From Camelus ferus (Eukaryota), in assembly GCF_009834535.1 (NCBI RefSeq), contig NC_045697.1, positions 64,234,001 to 64,298,000 of the forward strand: a DNA stretch of 64,000 nucleotides, in the 5' to 3' direction. Both the position numbers and the translations under genes were made by a program. Below, piece after piece: positions 51,100-64,000 of this stretch (position 1 is the stretch's first letter; each line of letters starts with the position of its first letter). The notes beneath the pieces were generated by a model, which had not been told where the DNA came from, did not search any database, and saw only the letters and a list, made by a program, of their open reading frames with translations.

Positions 51100-51210
51100 T
51101 TTGTTAATGTTTGTCTTCTAACTGCGACCTCCTTGAGGATCAGACCTATTTCTTGTTTATCTTTCTAGCTCTAGTGTCTGGCACAGGTGCTCATAATCAG
51201 TCGACGACTT
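51100..51210 (+). mobile_element. L2 3' fragment
   Basis: 'actgcgacctccttgaggatcagacctatttcttgtttatcttt...gtgtctggcacag'. Confidence 0.6.
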
Positions 51211-52559
51211 AAAAATGATAGCTCAGTGAATTAATGTTCCCTGCCAGTTTTCTCAAACATTAAAAGAAATTCTGCGGTAAGTCATATTAACACCATAACA
51301 CGTTTCCTGGAGGCTTCCATCCCTATCTGAGAGCCTCCAGCTAGTCTACATTGCTCTGTGTCAGGCAGGAGGTGAGGAGCTAGTCAGAGGGACTAGATAG
51401 GGATTAAAAAATAAGGAGGTAGATAGAAACAAAAGAAATAGAAAGGCAGTCCAAACATAAAATTAAATACCACCGGGATGTTGTCATATAAGTATGTATG
51501 GGGAGAAAATCTAAAAACTTTCGGATTTCTATGGGCTTGTTGGTTGTATGGTATATACAGCAAAATAAGCAGACTTTCATTCGGAGTGTTTTCTCTCTGA
51601 CTCTGCTAACTAAAATTAAAAGATATTTGATGGAAGAAATTAACATTGTAGAAAAACAAACATAATGCAATTAGGATGCGGACTTCATCTAAATAACTGT
51701 AGTATTACTGTATCTATTCTAAAATAATTCCAATAGAAAATTCTCAAGAAGTTGATAGCAGCCATGTGAAATTCTCATAAATCATTAGTGAATATTCATG
51801 AAATATTTATTGACCTAATGAATGCTTAAGTTCATAAGCATTCATTAAAATTCACAAAATAGTGTGCTTATGGGCAATCTATTAAATCCAAGAACATAAA
51901 AGGCCACATTTTAAGTACATGTGGGTTCATGTGCCCTTTTTGAAAAGTGAGTTTTTATGAATTTTACTGCCTTAGCCATCTAAAATAAGTACATTCTTAC
52001 TATGTTATGTTCCTGAATCTCTGAGAATAATTTGGATGGCATTTATTTGTGCCAAATAATATGTAACTTAATGAAATAAAATGACATTTAGGTCATTTGC
52101 ATTTTGTAGAAATCCTCAGTTCACATGCACTAAGCCAATTTATTTAAGGAGGTTTTGATGAAAGGGACATCTGTTATAGTGAAAAATAAGAAAGAAGTGA
52201 GAAGTATTGGGGCCAAGCAAAAATTTGTATCCTAGGGTTTTTTGTTGTTGTTGTTTAATTTTTGTTTTTATTTGTGTATCTAATGATGGCTCTTCATTGC
52301 TAATTATTTCCTTAGTTCTATGCATTATTTCTCCCCTTCTCTTTGTGCTTTCTTCCCCTGCACAAAGAAAAGCACTTACAACCTTTCTACATTTCTTCCT
52401 CCAGTTTCACATATTAGAATGAATAAACACCACACAAAATATCAAATCTTTTATCATTGTTCCTAGTTTATATTTAATCACATATATTTAATGTCCTTCT
52501 TGAAATTTATAAGCAGGATAATCTAATTTATTGTTCAATAAAATAGACAAATAAATTTA

Positions 52560-52670
52560 GCTCAACTGAATGAATATTTATGGAGGACCTACCCTGGGTC
52601 AAGCACTGTATGAAATTCTGAGTATACAAAAGCTCTCTGATGTTTTTGAAACTAGATTGTTTAGCAGGAA
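52560..52670 (-). mobile_element. L2 3' fragment
   Basis: 'aatgaatatttatggaggacctaccctgggtcaagcactgtatg'. Confidence 0.5.
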
Positions 52671-53865
52671 ACATAGTTTGCATTTAGTGGGAAATATAAA
52701 ATTGAAAACTTAAATTTTACATGTTGACTGGTGTCTCAATAAATCTTTAGAGAGTGCTGCTTTCTTCAGAATAGACTGAGCAAAAAGAATTCTTACTGCC
52801 ACAAGTCTTCCCACAGAATAAAGGAGAGGAACTGTGTACTCTGATGCTGACTTCAGTTAAAATGCTCTGAGCCATCAGTGCGGGGCTACTTAGGTTAGAG
52901 GCAAAAGCCACTATCATTTCTGAATTCTGACATGTGCACTATACTGTTCACATCCTACACTTAACGTCCTTTCAGCTGGAAACAATTGTTTCCCTGTCAA
53001 AATGCTTCAAAAAGATTCATTGTTTACTTTTCACAGAAGACTGAAGCTTGACCTTGGGCTATCAGTTCCTAGCCAGTTCTGCTATAAGGATCACAAAACA
53101 AATGCTCTGTCATATCCAAGCTCCAATGTCTAATATACATCACCTGTTTCTCAGTTTCTACTGGGGAACAAAACCAAACAAAACCCCACATAGAAAATTC
53201 ATATTTCATTAAAAGGGACAAGTGGGAGTATGGAAAAGAGACAAAGAGCACTGAGGAGTTTGCATGTCAGGGATGTATTTTTTTTCTTCTGCTCAAAGAA
53301 GGTATAATTAGGAATTAATTCATCAACCACATAACCTAGTTTAGAACCCATGTGTATGTAAGTTTATGGAACTCCAAAGAGAACATTTTATAGAATAAAT
53401 TCTTTTGTTTAAAATTTTCAACTAAAAATTCAATTATATTTTCAAATGCTTCTCATTCTCCTTGCATCAGAAATGAATATCTTCATTCCACATTAATTTT
53501 TCTTTACAAAATCAACCATATGTTCCCAAAAAAGTTTTAAAAATAGGAAAGCCATAACATTAAGAGAGAAGACAGAAAGAAACCTTGACATATTTTGGTT
53601 ATTATTCATTTTTACATATCTGCATGCTTCTAAAAGGAATAATATTTTGAAAATATTAAGCTGATTTATTTTTCATTCTCTCTAAATAATATTTCTCTGT
53701 GGTTTCCCACTGATTTGCTAATTCCACACTGAGATTACCAAAAACCTGTCTTTTTTAAGAAATAAATGAGTTTTGTGAATTCAATCACTTGCTGAATGTG
53801 TATCTATGATGAAGTTTAGGTTTCCCATAGAATCACATCACATAGGGAAGAATTAAAGATATGAG

Positions 53866-54274
53866 TATGATAGTTAATTTTATATGTTAACTTAGCTGGG
53901 CAAAGGTGCCCAGATATTTGGCCCAACATTATTCTGGATGTTTCTGTGAAGATGTGCTTTTTTTGGATGATATTAAGGTTTAAATCAGTAGATTTTGAGT
54001 AAGCAAATGTGGGTGAGTCTCATCCAATCAGTTGAAGGCCTTCATTAAAAAAAAAAAAAAAGACTGAAATCCCCCAGGGCAAAAATGAATTGCCAGAAGA
54101 CTGCTTTTAGACTTGAACTGCAACTCCTTCCTGGGTCTCAAGCCCACTGATCTACCCTGTACAATTTAGAATTATACCTCTACAATTGTGAGCCAATTCA
54201 TTAAAATAAATCTCTCTCTGTATATGTATACACACATCCTATTAGTTCTTCTCTGGAGAACCCTGCCTAATACA
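53866..54274 (+). mobile_element. MLT2B-like ERVL solo LTR
   Basis: 'tatgatagttaattttatatgttaacttagctggg...tctctggagaaccctgcctaataca', with a perfect 5-bp TSD ATGAG at 53861-53865 and 54275-54279. Confidence 0.92.
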
Positions 54275-54799
54275 ATGAGTAGGGGATATTCTCAGCCTTC
54301 AAGAGAGAAATCTTTCTAAGACCTATGTAGTTGCTACCAGGGAGATATCTCAGGAAGAGAAAGAAAAGAAGATAAGAGATGAGATTTAGATAGCCTGGAT
54401 TTCGCCACAGTTGAGGTCAAACTGAGGGAAATAGAAGTTGTAGAGTTGTCTTGTTGTATTTGGGAAATTCTGCTTTCCAGGGCATAGAAGAAATTGTGTA
54501 TGTACATTGCCCTTTCCAACATACTGTTGGGAAGTATATTAGCATGTCTGGAGGGGAAATGGAGGTGCTTTCCCCGTACAATAGGTCTGGAGGAAGTCTG
54601 GGGAAATTAAAAGGGAGACTAAAGATGCTGGAGGCTAAGCAAAGCTCATGAACATCAGTAACAAGTACAACTATTCTCCTAAAAGAACATAGATCAGAGA
54701 CATTAAAACAAAATGATCAGGTCAATGGCCCGTACCAGTCACACCCTAACAAAGAGTTGTGGGAACCTGAAGACTGGCCATAGATCTATAAGTATTTAT

Positions 54800-55260
54800 G
54801 TGCCCAGCCCACATGTCTAGTCCCTGCCTTACTACAGCCACATAGTATCAGTTTCTTATACATTCTTTTAGAAATATTGTAAGTTTGAGTAGGTTTTGTG
54901 TGTATAGCTATTTTTAAAGTAACTATATATTTTTAAATTATATTTAAATGATCATATTTTAGAGAAATTTATCCACTTTGTATTCTATACAGTTTTCTGC
55001 ATTATATGTATTACTTATCTGGTAAAGTAGCCCCTATTAATTCAAATAAAACTGCCTCATTCTTTTTTTGAGGGTTACAGTTTTAAGTATCAGTGTTCTA
55101 TAATCCACTTAAATCTCTTTACCCAAAGATTTTTTTAATGGACTTCAGTTTTTTGCAACTTTTTTCTTTATTACAAATTGATCAAATAATTATTTTTGCA
55201 CATACATTATTCTACATACCTTTTTGTACAGGGAATATTATGATTATTAGTGGAATTTTT
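54800..55260 (-). mobile_element. Ancient L1 3' fragment
   Basis: 'actgcctcattctttttttgagggttacag...tttttgcaactttttt'. Confidence 0.5.
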
Positions 55261-55279
55261 ATAGAATCAAATTTGTTTC

Positions 55280-56460
55280 AACAAATGTTTGTAATTGTTC
55301 CTTGAATCATTTTTATGATAGCTACTTTAAAATCATTGTTAGATAGTTTTAACATCACTGTAATCTCAGTGTTGGCAAGTTATTGACTATCTTTTTTCAT
55401 TGAATTGGAAATCTTACTCGTTCTTGGTATGATGATTTTCTTTTGATTGAAACTTGAAAATCTGTGGCATTATGTTATGATAATCTGGATCTAATATTAA
55501 ACCTTCTGTTTTATCTGACTTCCTCAGACATTGTTCTGGCTTGGGTAGGAGGCATTTACTGGTCGTGGCTAGTAATGGATGGAAGCTCAAATTCTCCATT
55601 TGGCCTCCAATGACACCTGAGAGGGAAGGTTCTCCTAGGTAGGGGTGAGAGCCCCAGCTTCCCACCCTGCCTCCACTGATCCTTCCTTGGTTGAGAGGGA
55701 TAAGAGAGCCTCATTACTACAGGCCAAGTGGCCTCCACCAACACCACAAGAAGAAAGAGATGATGGTCTCTTTTCTCCTGACTGATAGCGAAAGTTCTAA
55801 CACTCACAAGGTCTCTTCTGAAACCACCCCACAAGGGGGGAAAGGTAAAAGGGTACCTCATTTATGCTGGATGGGGGTGAATTCCAGCTTCCCATATGGT
55901 CTCCACTGTCTCCAGAATGGGGGTTTCATTGAAGGCCCTACATGGTGGGATGAAAGTTCTCGCTCCCTGCTTGTCCTCCTCTGACACCACTGCAGCAGAG
56001 AGTCTGAGGCACCTTGAATGGCAAGTTTGGAATTCTTTACTCCCTAGTCAGCTTTTGCTGCCATGGATGCAAGTGGGCACCACAGTCTTTGCTGTGACAT
56101 TTGGTTGCAGTACAATGAATATTTTCTACAAGTTTTCGGTCTTCCTAGGCTTCACTTTTATTGATCCTTTGAGCAGACAGCAGGCCTTTGTTGGGGCTTA
56201 TTTTTTTGTTGTTGTTGTCTGTTGGCAATTCTAGGTTGCTAGCTTTTCCATCACCAATCTCAGATATAGGAGGCAAAAAGAAAATCCACGAATTTATTAC
56301 TGTGTCATTCTTTGTGTCCTAAAGTCTCTAACAGTCTGCCTCCTCCTTACACCTTTAAGAGTTTCATGTTACTTTTATATACAATGATTTCTAGTTGTAC
56401 TTAATGGAATGAAGAGGGAAAGAGAGGTCTACCCCATATTCTCAGAAACAGAAGTCTTCA
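55280..56460 (-). mobile_element. Old L1 5' region (L1MC/L1MD/L1M4-type 5' end and start of ORF1)
   Basis: 'tttatgatagctactttaaaatcattgttagatagttttaacatc' and terminal 'gaggtctaccccatattctcagaaacagaagtc'. Confidence 0.7.
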
Positions 56461-57059
56461 TTTCTTTTATTAGCTCTCAACCGCTTGTCCCTTTTCCTTG
56501 CCTGTTTTGAGAATAATAATATGAAATTCTATAATTTCTATTGAACAGGTGCATTGTAATATACTCTAGGATGAGTCAAAAGTAGTCCACATTAGCTACT
56601 CAATGTAGTACTTCACAATTAAGCATTTATAAAAGGTCTACTGGATGACTGGGAGCCTTCTCTTTTTTTCTGGACATGTAAGATAATGGGGACAATACTT
56701 AAGAAAAGGCTTCATGAAATAGTCTTCAGTTGTGTTTAATATTTTGGTAGCTTTAACAAGTGTTTATAGAATTTCACCTTAATGTCACTTATAGTGTTAC
56801 CTCCTATTTCTTATATATTATATTAAATGATGACCATGGTATAAGACAGGAAAAGATTTAAAATATTCTTAATCAGGACATACTCTTCAAAGATTTTTTA
56901 AATTATAAATAAAAACATTCCTAATCTGACTTCCTGACCTGATAATTCCAAAAGAGGAAATAGAGTAAAACCAAATACATACGATAAGATGAATATGGGG
57001 TACAAATGCCTAGACCATACCATACCAAAGTTTAAAGAGTTTGTTGTGAAAGGTGGGAC

Positions 57060-57195
57060 TGAAGTCAAGCTTTACCACTTGCAATTTCAGATAAATCAGG
57101 ACACCTAGACTGTCTGAGGAGTTACCTCTATAAAGTGGGAGTTACCTTCCTTGAAATACTACTGTGAGGATTTCAAATGATATTTAGCAGTGTGT
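57060..57195 (+). mobile_element. MIR fragment
   Basis: 'tttaccacttgc...ctctataaagtgggag...ctgtgaggatttcaaatgata'. Confidence 0.45.
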
Positions 57196-59849
57196 CGTTT
57201 GGTGACACGCCTTTGGGGTCTCAGTTCTGGGAGCATATCATACCTTCAAATTCCTCATTTACTTATCCCGCTCCCACACTTCAGAAAAAGAACTAATTTT
57301 TTTTATCCTTTTATCATCAGTAACTACCTCTATGACTGATGAATGTCTTAATTAAATTAATGCTGTGAGTCTTAAGTAATTCTTCAATCTTCCTCTGTAT
57401 TGCTGGAATCATTAGCCATGAAGAAAATAATTTTGTAGTTTTTAAAGGAAGAAATCTTATTTTCAATCTCTGTCATAGTATCACAATGTTTTGGAGTTAC
57501 TCTTTATGATATCCACATATATTGGCTATCTTCAAAATGGAACATGTCACCTATATTTTCTTTTTGGCCTATTTTAACAGCAAGTAGAGCTAATGAACAT
57601 TAGGCAAGGGGCACTATCTTTGTACAATGATCAAATAAAGTCAAAATTTTATAACCTTAATCCTATATTGAAAAATAATTTTTATTATGTTTCTCAAAAA
57701 ATGGTAAGATAAAAGTTTTGCAATGTGTAGCTATGTTCTGGAACTATACATTTTACACCATATGTAGACATGACTCAGTTTATGACTTTTAGATATTTTC
57801 TGTAAAAGTAATGTGTATGTATGCATATGTTTCTGTATGTTATTAAAAATAATAACTTCAGAGATATTTCTAGTGGTAAGAACATAACAGAAAAATAAAA
57901 ATTTTCTATGATATGATTAACAATCCCTTATAAATAAGTTTATGAAGACCCTTATGATTTTTTAAAGAGTAAACTTAAAGTGCATCTTTAATATCATTTG
58001 ATTAGTTGAAAGAAATTACAAGAAGAAAATTTTAAATTTTTAATATAATCTACCAGCTTTAACTAACAGAAACATAAATCTATAAGATTTTCAAATTATT
58101 TTTAATGAAGAGATTTAAATTCTCTTGCCTTAATGTTTCTATGAAGTGATTCTTAAATTGCACTTTGAATATACATAAGCTTTATTATCTTCTGTTACTA
58201 ATCATGTGGACTATAATTTAAAACTATAAATTGAATTGAAAAATTAAGTGGAATGAAAAAGAAAACTGCTTTAGTGCTAGCTGTACCTATAGACAATTTT
58301 GTTTACCTTGGACTTGTCCTTTTCTTTTTTGTAAACAGCTTTATTGAGGTATAATTGATATACAAAAACAAAACAAAAATCCCTGCACATCCCCTTTGTA
58401 AAATCAAGGTCTTTTTGTTCACTCAATAAATATTTATATACACAAATTTTCAAGATGTTTTCTAACGTTTTGTGAAGAGCTAAATTGCACTCTTTGATAT
58501 TAGCCATAATAAATATGTTCAAATCAACCTAAACAATGTAAATTTCTGTGAACATTTATTTATAGTGATTTCTCTCTCTAGAACACATAACCAGCTTTCA
58601 AATATACTAATGACATGGGCCCCGAGAAGACAGATAGGTTACAAATATTTTGCTCCAGGAAAGAAATTAAGGTGATATTGAGACTGGTATTTGAAAATTG
58701 TGACTGAACATATTGAGGAAGTGTAAACGGAGGTGAAGAGAAATTAAGTCATATCTCTAACACATTCTGTTCATGTGGCGACATTAGTTACTGACTGTAT
58801 TATCAGAACACAACACATTTACAGTAATATCTGCACCATTCATGATGAAATCCACACTGTGACTGATAGTGTCCAACACTACTAGAAACTGGGATGATTT
58901 TTTTAATGCACATTTATTTGTTGCAACAAAGATATTTGTTTTGTTGTCATGATTAAGGTATATTTTTTGTGTGTTTTTTGTTAATGTGTCTTACTTTGGT
59001 GATTATTTTAAGTACTTTGCAATGTGCTGCCTTGTTAAACATTTTTAATTAACTGTCTAAAAACCTTACTGGAACAGTATATTAATAGCTCAGTCATACA
59101 AAATTAATATATTCGGTGCCTCTGTAAAATCTACTATACCCTACCTAACACATGCTCCATAGCAAGTTACGGAAAATTAATTAAGTCTTGCCAAAGGATT
59201 GCAAAAAAGTCAACTGGAAGACTAATTGAAATTATAAACTTTTTGTGTAAAAATACATAGGGTTGGATAAAGGAGAACATCTCATAAACTTGATTATCAG
59301 ACCATGATCCTTAACATTTATATTTGAATATCAAGACATGACTATTAGTCATTACACATTAAATCGAGTTTTCTGAGTACTTGAAATCATATGTTCTTGA
59401 TATATTTTTCAGTTAACTTTGTTTACAAATTCAAAAATTCTACTGACATCTTTATCATTGTTAAGAAGTTTGAATTGGATGATGGAACTAACTTTTACAG
59501 TGACCTATCATTTCTCCCTTTCCTGAAATCCTTTCTCTTTTATATCTCCATAGTTACCATAGTATGTTCTCATCCTCCTTTGCTCTATTCAGAATATACA
59601 TGCCTGCACCATATTGTCATGGTTTTCTGCGGGTTAGATACTACGTCCTTTGACATAAACACTTAAAGCAGTTTAGTTAATGCATTTGTTATAATTTCAT
59701 ACCTATATAAAATTTAAATACATATCTTCTGTAGATAGTCTTTATAGATTAATGCTAAAATTGTTTAATGGAACTGTTGTTAGGCCTGCGAAAGAGATGT
59801 TTCAAATAAGAGTCCTCAAGTGGTCCTCAGTAATGAAGAAAAACTAGTC

Positions 59850-60100
59850 TCTATTGAATCTGTCCCTATGTGACAAGTACTAGGCCAAGTACTTTAGGAG
59901 AAAAAATATATATTTAGTCTTTATGTGACTCCTATGGGGTTTATGCTACTATAACTATTTATAAATATGAATATATCAAGAATAAAAAATCAATAGATAA
60001 TTAATACATACAGAAATTCAGCCTCAGAGAAATTAATTAAGTTACTTAGGGTCTTGTGGTTAGTGACAAATTTTGAGACTTGAACCAATGTAGTCAAAGC
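59850..60100 (-). mobile_element. MIR fragment
   Basis: 'ctatgtgacaagtactaggccaagtacttta...cctcagagaaattaattaagttacttagggtc'. Confidence 0.55.
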
Positions 60101-60869
60101 ACAAAGATAATCATAATTTAAATAACTATACAAAATTCCTCAAGTAAAACTAGGTTGAGAACTACTTACTCTAAGTATAGAGACAGCCCTGCTTCCTAAT
60201 GGCTAATAGACTGATAGATGTTGAACAGAAATTTAATAATGGTCACGCTATGACTACCTATGAATAACATTACAAATTTTGCCTTTATGGGTTCTTCCTT
60301 TCTTTCCAATAATTATCCACACTAAATTGAAGACGGTATTTTGAACTACACCAGAAATAGTCAATAGGAAAGCTTGGGGCTAAAAACTCTATGCAAGTTA
60401 ATAAGAAAATTTATTTAGAAACAGTAGATAAACATAGAGTGAAATGAGGCAGGCACTTGTATCTGTATTTACCAATTTATTCACTGTCAGATTATTTTGA
60501 CATCATGTAAATCTATCATTAAACAATGCATATACTCTGTAATGTTTGCCTTCTGCAAATGAAGGTCTGTATACATTTTATACTTTAAATTTCAAGAGTT
60601 CACCTTTCATATTTTCTCAAAACTTTCACAGTGAATTTTTAACATACTTTTTGGTTGCTATTTTTATAATCTAGCTGAAGGTAAGAGTTTGCAACAAAAA
60701 CTGTTACATGAATATGATATTAGATTATATGTAAATGTATTTTTTTGTATCTCTATATAAAATTATGAATTGCCACCTGCCTGGAACTTTGTTAGATACT
60801 AGAACAAATGATAAAGTCACAGAAAACATGCAATAATGAATGTGTGAAATAATGATGAATTATATTTTT

Positions 60870-61610
60870 GATAATTGTCACAGTTAAGTGGAAATAATAC
60901 CACTCTAGGTAGTTTAAGAAGGAGAGAACTTGTTTCAGGATATTAAAATATATGAAATGGACATGAAGGATATTAAAAGGCTTAAGAAATCAGAGAGAGG
61001 GCTGAAGAAGGAGGTACTAGGTTGAGTTTCAGGAACAACTCCCCAAATCACTCAAGGGAACCAGTATGCCAAGGAAGTTTCTTTTAAGATTATAAATTTG
61101 TAAAGCCTAGAGCCATATTTACATTGGCACCAGGAACTACCAAAATCAAAATCCACCATGATTATGAATTCACATATTCACATAGACATGTGAATGCTTA
61201 CAGACATTCAGGACACCACTATTGAAAAAATCTCTTTTTGTGCTTGTCTCTAGAAGCACATTGTACCTACTACAACCTGCATCAGCCAAACTGGTGTTTG
61301 TGCCACGTCTGCCTGCTTTCATGGAGCCAGTTACTGAGCTACGGCACAACTGTTGTTGTATGTAAAGCAGCAAATGCCTCAATACCCATATTTGCCAGGT
61401 GAAGCAGCAAAAGCAGCAGCCATCTGGCTTCCATCTCACTTCTGTCTGCTGATGTCTTGTGTGTGCATGTGGTCTGTCACATCTAAACCACATCTAAATA
61501 CCTGAATCCAAATCAGTTTGGAAATGCAGTTTTTATCTTGCCAGCCTCTGTATTATAGGAAAACAAACTAGAGCAAGGTGGAATGGATGTTGAATGGATG
61601 ACATGGGACA
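60870..61610 (-). mobile_element. Ancient LTR-like element (LTR78/LTR79-like, family uncertain)
   Basis: 'accactctaggtagtttaagaagg' at one end and 'ggaaatgcagtttttatcttgccagcctctg...ggaatggatgttgaatgg' at the other. Confidence 0.45.
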
Positions 61611-61727
61611 TACTTCCCCCACCATAAAAAATGGATTATATATAATAATAACTTTATCATTTAGGCATTAATATCTTCCTGTATTTCTCATCTATTTTTA
61701 TTTTTCCAATCTCCCTGCCTTTGTTTC

Positions 61728-62140
61728 TGTACCATTTAGGCTGTTTCCAGCTGCCATGAAATAAAATCCCATGTCAAAGTTGACTTAAATAATGTAGGTG
61801 GATTGTTACCTCACAGAAAATGCAGCTCAGAGTCAGAACAGTTTCAATGTTAGTGAAGTAGTTCAAACTTTTTATAAAAAACCTCACCTCTCCCTTCCTC
61901 ATGGCCCATCATCTCAAAGAGTCGAGTCTGATTCTGAGGCTTGCCTCTCATAACCTGAAGCTCCAAGATGCATGCTGACATAGAGCTTGTTGCAAAGACA
62001 GAAGTGGGGGCAGCTACTCCCCACATGATTCTTTATTTGGAGGAGGAAAGTCTTTCTCTGAAACCCAGCAGCTCCCACTTGTTAGAATTGAGTGAAGTAT
62101 CAGGGTATTCTGAGAGAAGCACTTGGAAAGCTACTACTAA
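61728..62140 (-). mobile_element. Old MaLR LTR (MLT1K/L-like)
   Basis: 'ttaggctgtttccagctgcc...gttgacttaaataatg' and 'gaggaggaaagtctttctctgaaacccagcag'. Confidence 0.55.
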
Positions 62141-62199
62141 ATTTCTGCGATAAAGAAAGACTTTCCCAGTGAGCGAGAAGGGCTTAGGAGGTCTATCCA

Positions 62200-63030
62200 G
62201 GTATCTCCAAATCCACCAGCCAGGTCAGAATTAATTCTCTTCCTTCTGTACCGCACCTGCTCCTTCTGTTAGTGTCTATTTCCCCCTCTATTCAGTCTCC
62301 TAAGTCATCCCCTCCTTTACTCTACTACCCAAATTCAATTGGTTATCAAGCTCTATTTCAATTCTTAATACATCTCATATCCATTCTCTTCTTTCTATTT
62401 TCAGTGCCTCAGCTATAGGTCTGAACCTCATCACTACATTATTACAAAAATGTCCTACTCAGTCCCCATACGAGGATCTTAATTCTCTTTAATGCCAGAA
62501 AGATTTTATGAAATGCAAATTTCATTGTATTTTCCCCTACTTAAAGTTATTACTGGCTCCTTCTAGCTTTTAACATGAAATACAGACCAATAACTTAGCA
62601 CACTGTCCTTTATCTGGTTATTGCTACATCTAGGACTTCATATCTTGCTGTTTTACCAAATGCAATTCAAAATTCTGCTATATCAGATTTAATAATATTG
62701 TCTATATTTTTCACCTCTATGGCTCTGAACATATTAATCACTCTTAATAAAATCTCTTTTCCTCCATCTTTTTTCTCTAATGTAATTTATCTTTTAAGAT
62801 TCAACCACATGCTCCTCCAAGAATTATTTCTTGATCTACAAATATGAATTAGGCATTCTGTTTTCCACTGCATCCTAGGCATGTATTAGTCATATAATTT
62901 ATGATATTCTCATGTAATTTTTATCTGTCTAAGTCTTCAATATCATTGAGTGACATTTTTGGAAATAAGAATGGTATCTTTTTCTCTTCTATGCAACGCT
63001 AATAAGTTAATTCAAAAAGAGTTGTTGAGT
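62200..63030 (+). mobile_element. L2 LINE 3' region
   Basis: Pyrimidine-rich L2 motifs 'atgaaatgcaaatttcattgtattttcccctacttaaagttattactggctcc' and 'ttatcttttaagattcaacc'. Confidence 0.7.
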
Positions 63031-63289
63031 GGCTACTATATAACATGCAATGTACCAGCTGTAAAAAAGTGAAAGGTAAGATATGGTTCCTGTTTTCAAG
63101 GACTTAAAACACTACAATATGGAATTTAATACAGAAATTTTATACCCCCTCCATAGCACTAATCAAAATTTGTAATTATATATTTTACCTCCAACAGACT
63201 GCACATTAATATTCACAGAAAGCATACCTCCTTTGCTTACCCTTGTAAACCTATTGTCCACATAATGCCTAGTCCAGAGAAAGCTTCAG

Positions 63290-64000
63290 TTTTTTAAAAA
63301 TATTTAAAGCAGCTATATTGAGACACACTCAGCACAAAATAAACCGTGTATATTTAAAATATACAATTTGATAAGTTTTGATATACGTATGCACCATGAA
63401 ATCATCATTGCAATCAAGATAAAGAACATATTTATCACTCAGAAAGTTTTCTTATGTCATTTTGTAGTCTATTCTTCCCCCCGGAACCAGACCCTGTCAA
63501 TTTCCCGCAACCACAAATCTGTGTTCTGTCAATGTAATTACATTTTCTAAAATTTTAGTAAATGTGATCATATAAAATGGACTCTTTTATGTCTCTGCTT
63601 TATGACCATCAGCATAATTATTCTTTTATTGTTGAATAGTAATCTATTTGTGAATTTACCATAATTGTTTATCTAGTCCTTCATTAACGATATGGGCTAT
63701 TTCCAGTTTTTGGTTATTATAAATAAAGGTGCTGTGAACATTCATGTACCTGTGTTGGTATGGACACACTCTTTGTTTTCTCTTGGGTAAATACCTTGAG
63801 TGGAATATCTGAGTCATATGTAGGCATATGTCTAACTTTCAAGAAACTGTCAAACTCTTTTCCAAACTGATCATATAATTTTATGTTCCCACCAACAATG
63901 TGTAAGAATTCTGTTTTCCTTCATGTTCTTGCCAACACTTGATATGTTTAGACTTTGAATTTTAAATGTTTTTATAGGAGGTAGTAGTATGTCATCATGG
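63290..64000 (-). mobile_element. L1 3' end (L1MC/L1MD-like), continuing past the window edge
   Basis: 'atacaatttgataagttttgatatacgtatgcaccatgaaatcatcattgcaatcaagata' and 'tctcttgggtaaataccttgagtggaat'. Confidence 0.85.

Noticed and set aside
55414..56234. Cluster of overlapping 83-112 aa ORFs
   Set aside because: It lies in the GC-richer 5' region of an old L1, where stop codons are rarer.
1..64000. A novel multi-gene system, operon, CRISPR array or defence island
   Set aside because: The sequence is mammalian non-coding DNA. There is no ORF over 150 aa, no repeat-spacer array, and all recognisable peptides are transposon relics.

Overview
AT-rich, CpG-depleted mammalian DNA, either intergenic or deep within a large intron. 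I can support no protein-coding exon, RNA gene, CRISPR array or intact ORF. Every recognisable ORF in the track is a decayed transposon fragment (Tigger1 transposase, L1 ORF2) or a microsatellite read-through. A large part of the window is transposon-derived: a near-full-length Tigger1, MER2, MER5, many L1 fragments of several ages, L2/MIR relics, and solo LTRs of ERV1, ERVL and MaLR type, two with perfect TSDs. A short tRNA-derived SINE resembling Vic-1, a recurring young L1 3'UTR, and the apparent absence of Alu, B1/B2, BovB/Bov-tA, PRE1 and CanSINE point to a camelid genome (inference). I found no previously undescribed biological system. The most unusual structures are retrotransposition and repair scars: a head-to-head pair of L1 3' ends sharing diagnostic variants, a twin-priming L1 inversion, an L1 nested in a TSD-flanked LTR, a 31-bp template-switch micro-inversion, and an L1 5'UTR fused to mid-ORF2. 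A few CpG-retaining unique blocks could be regulatory. Repeat subfamily names come from recalled consensus sequences and need RepeatMasker/Dfam confirmation. Boundaries of old repeats are approximate.
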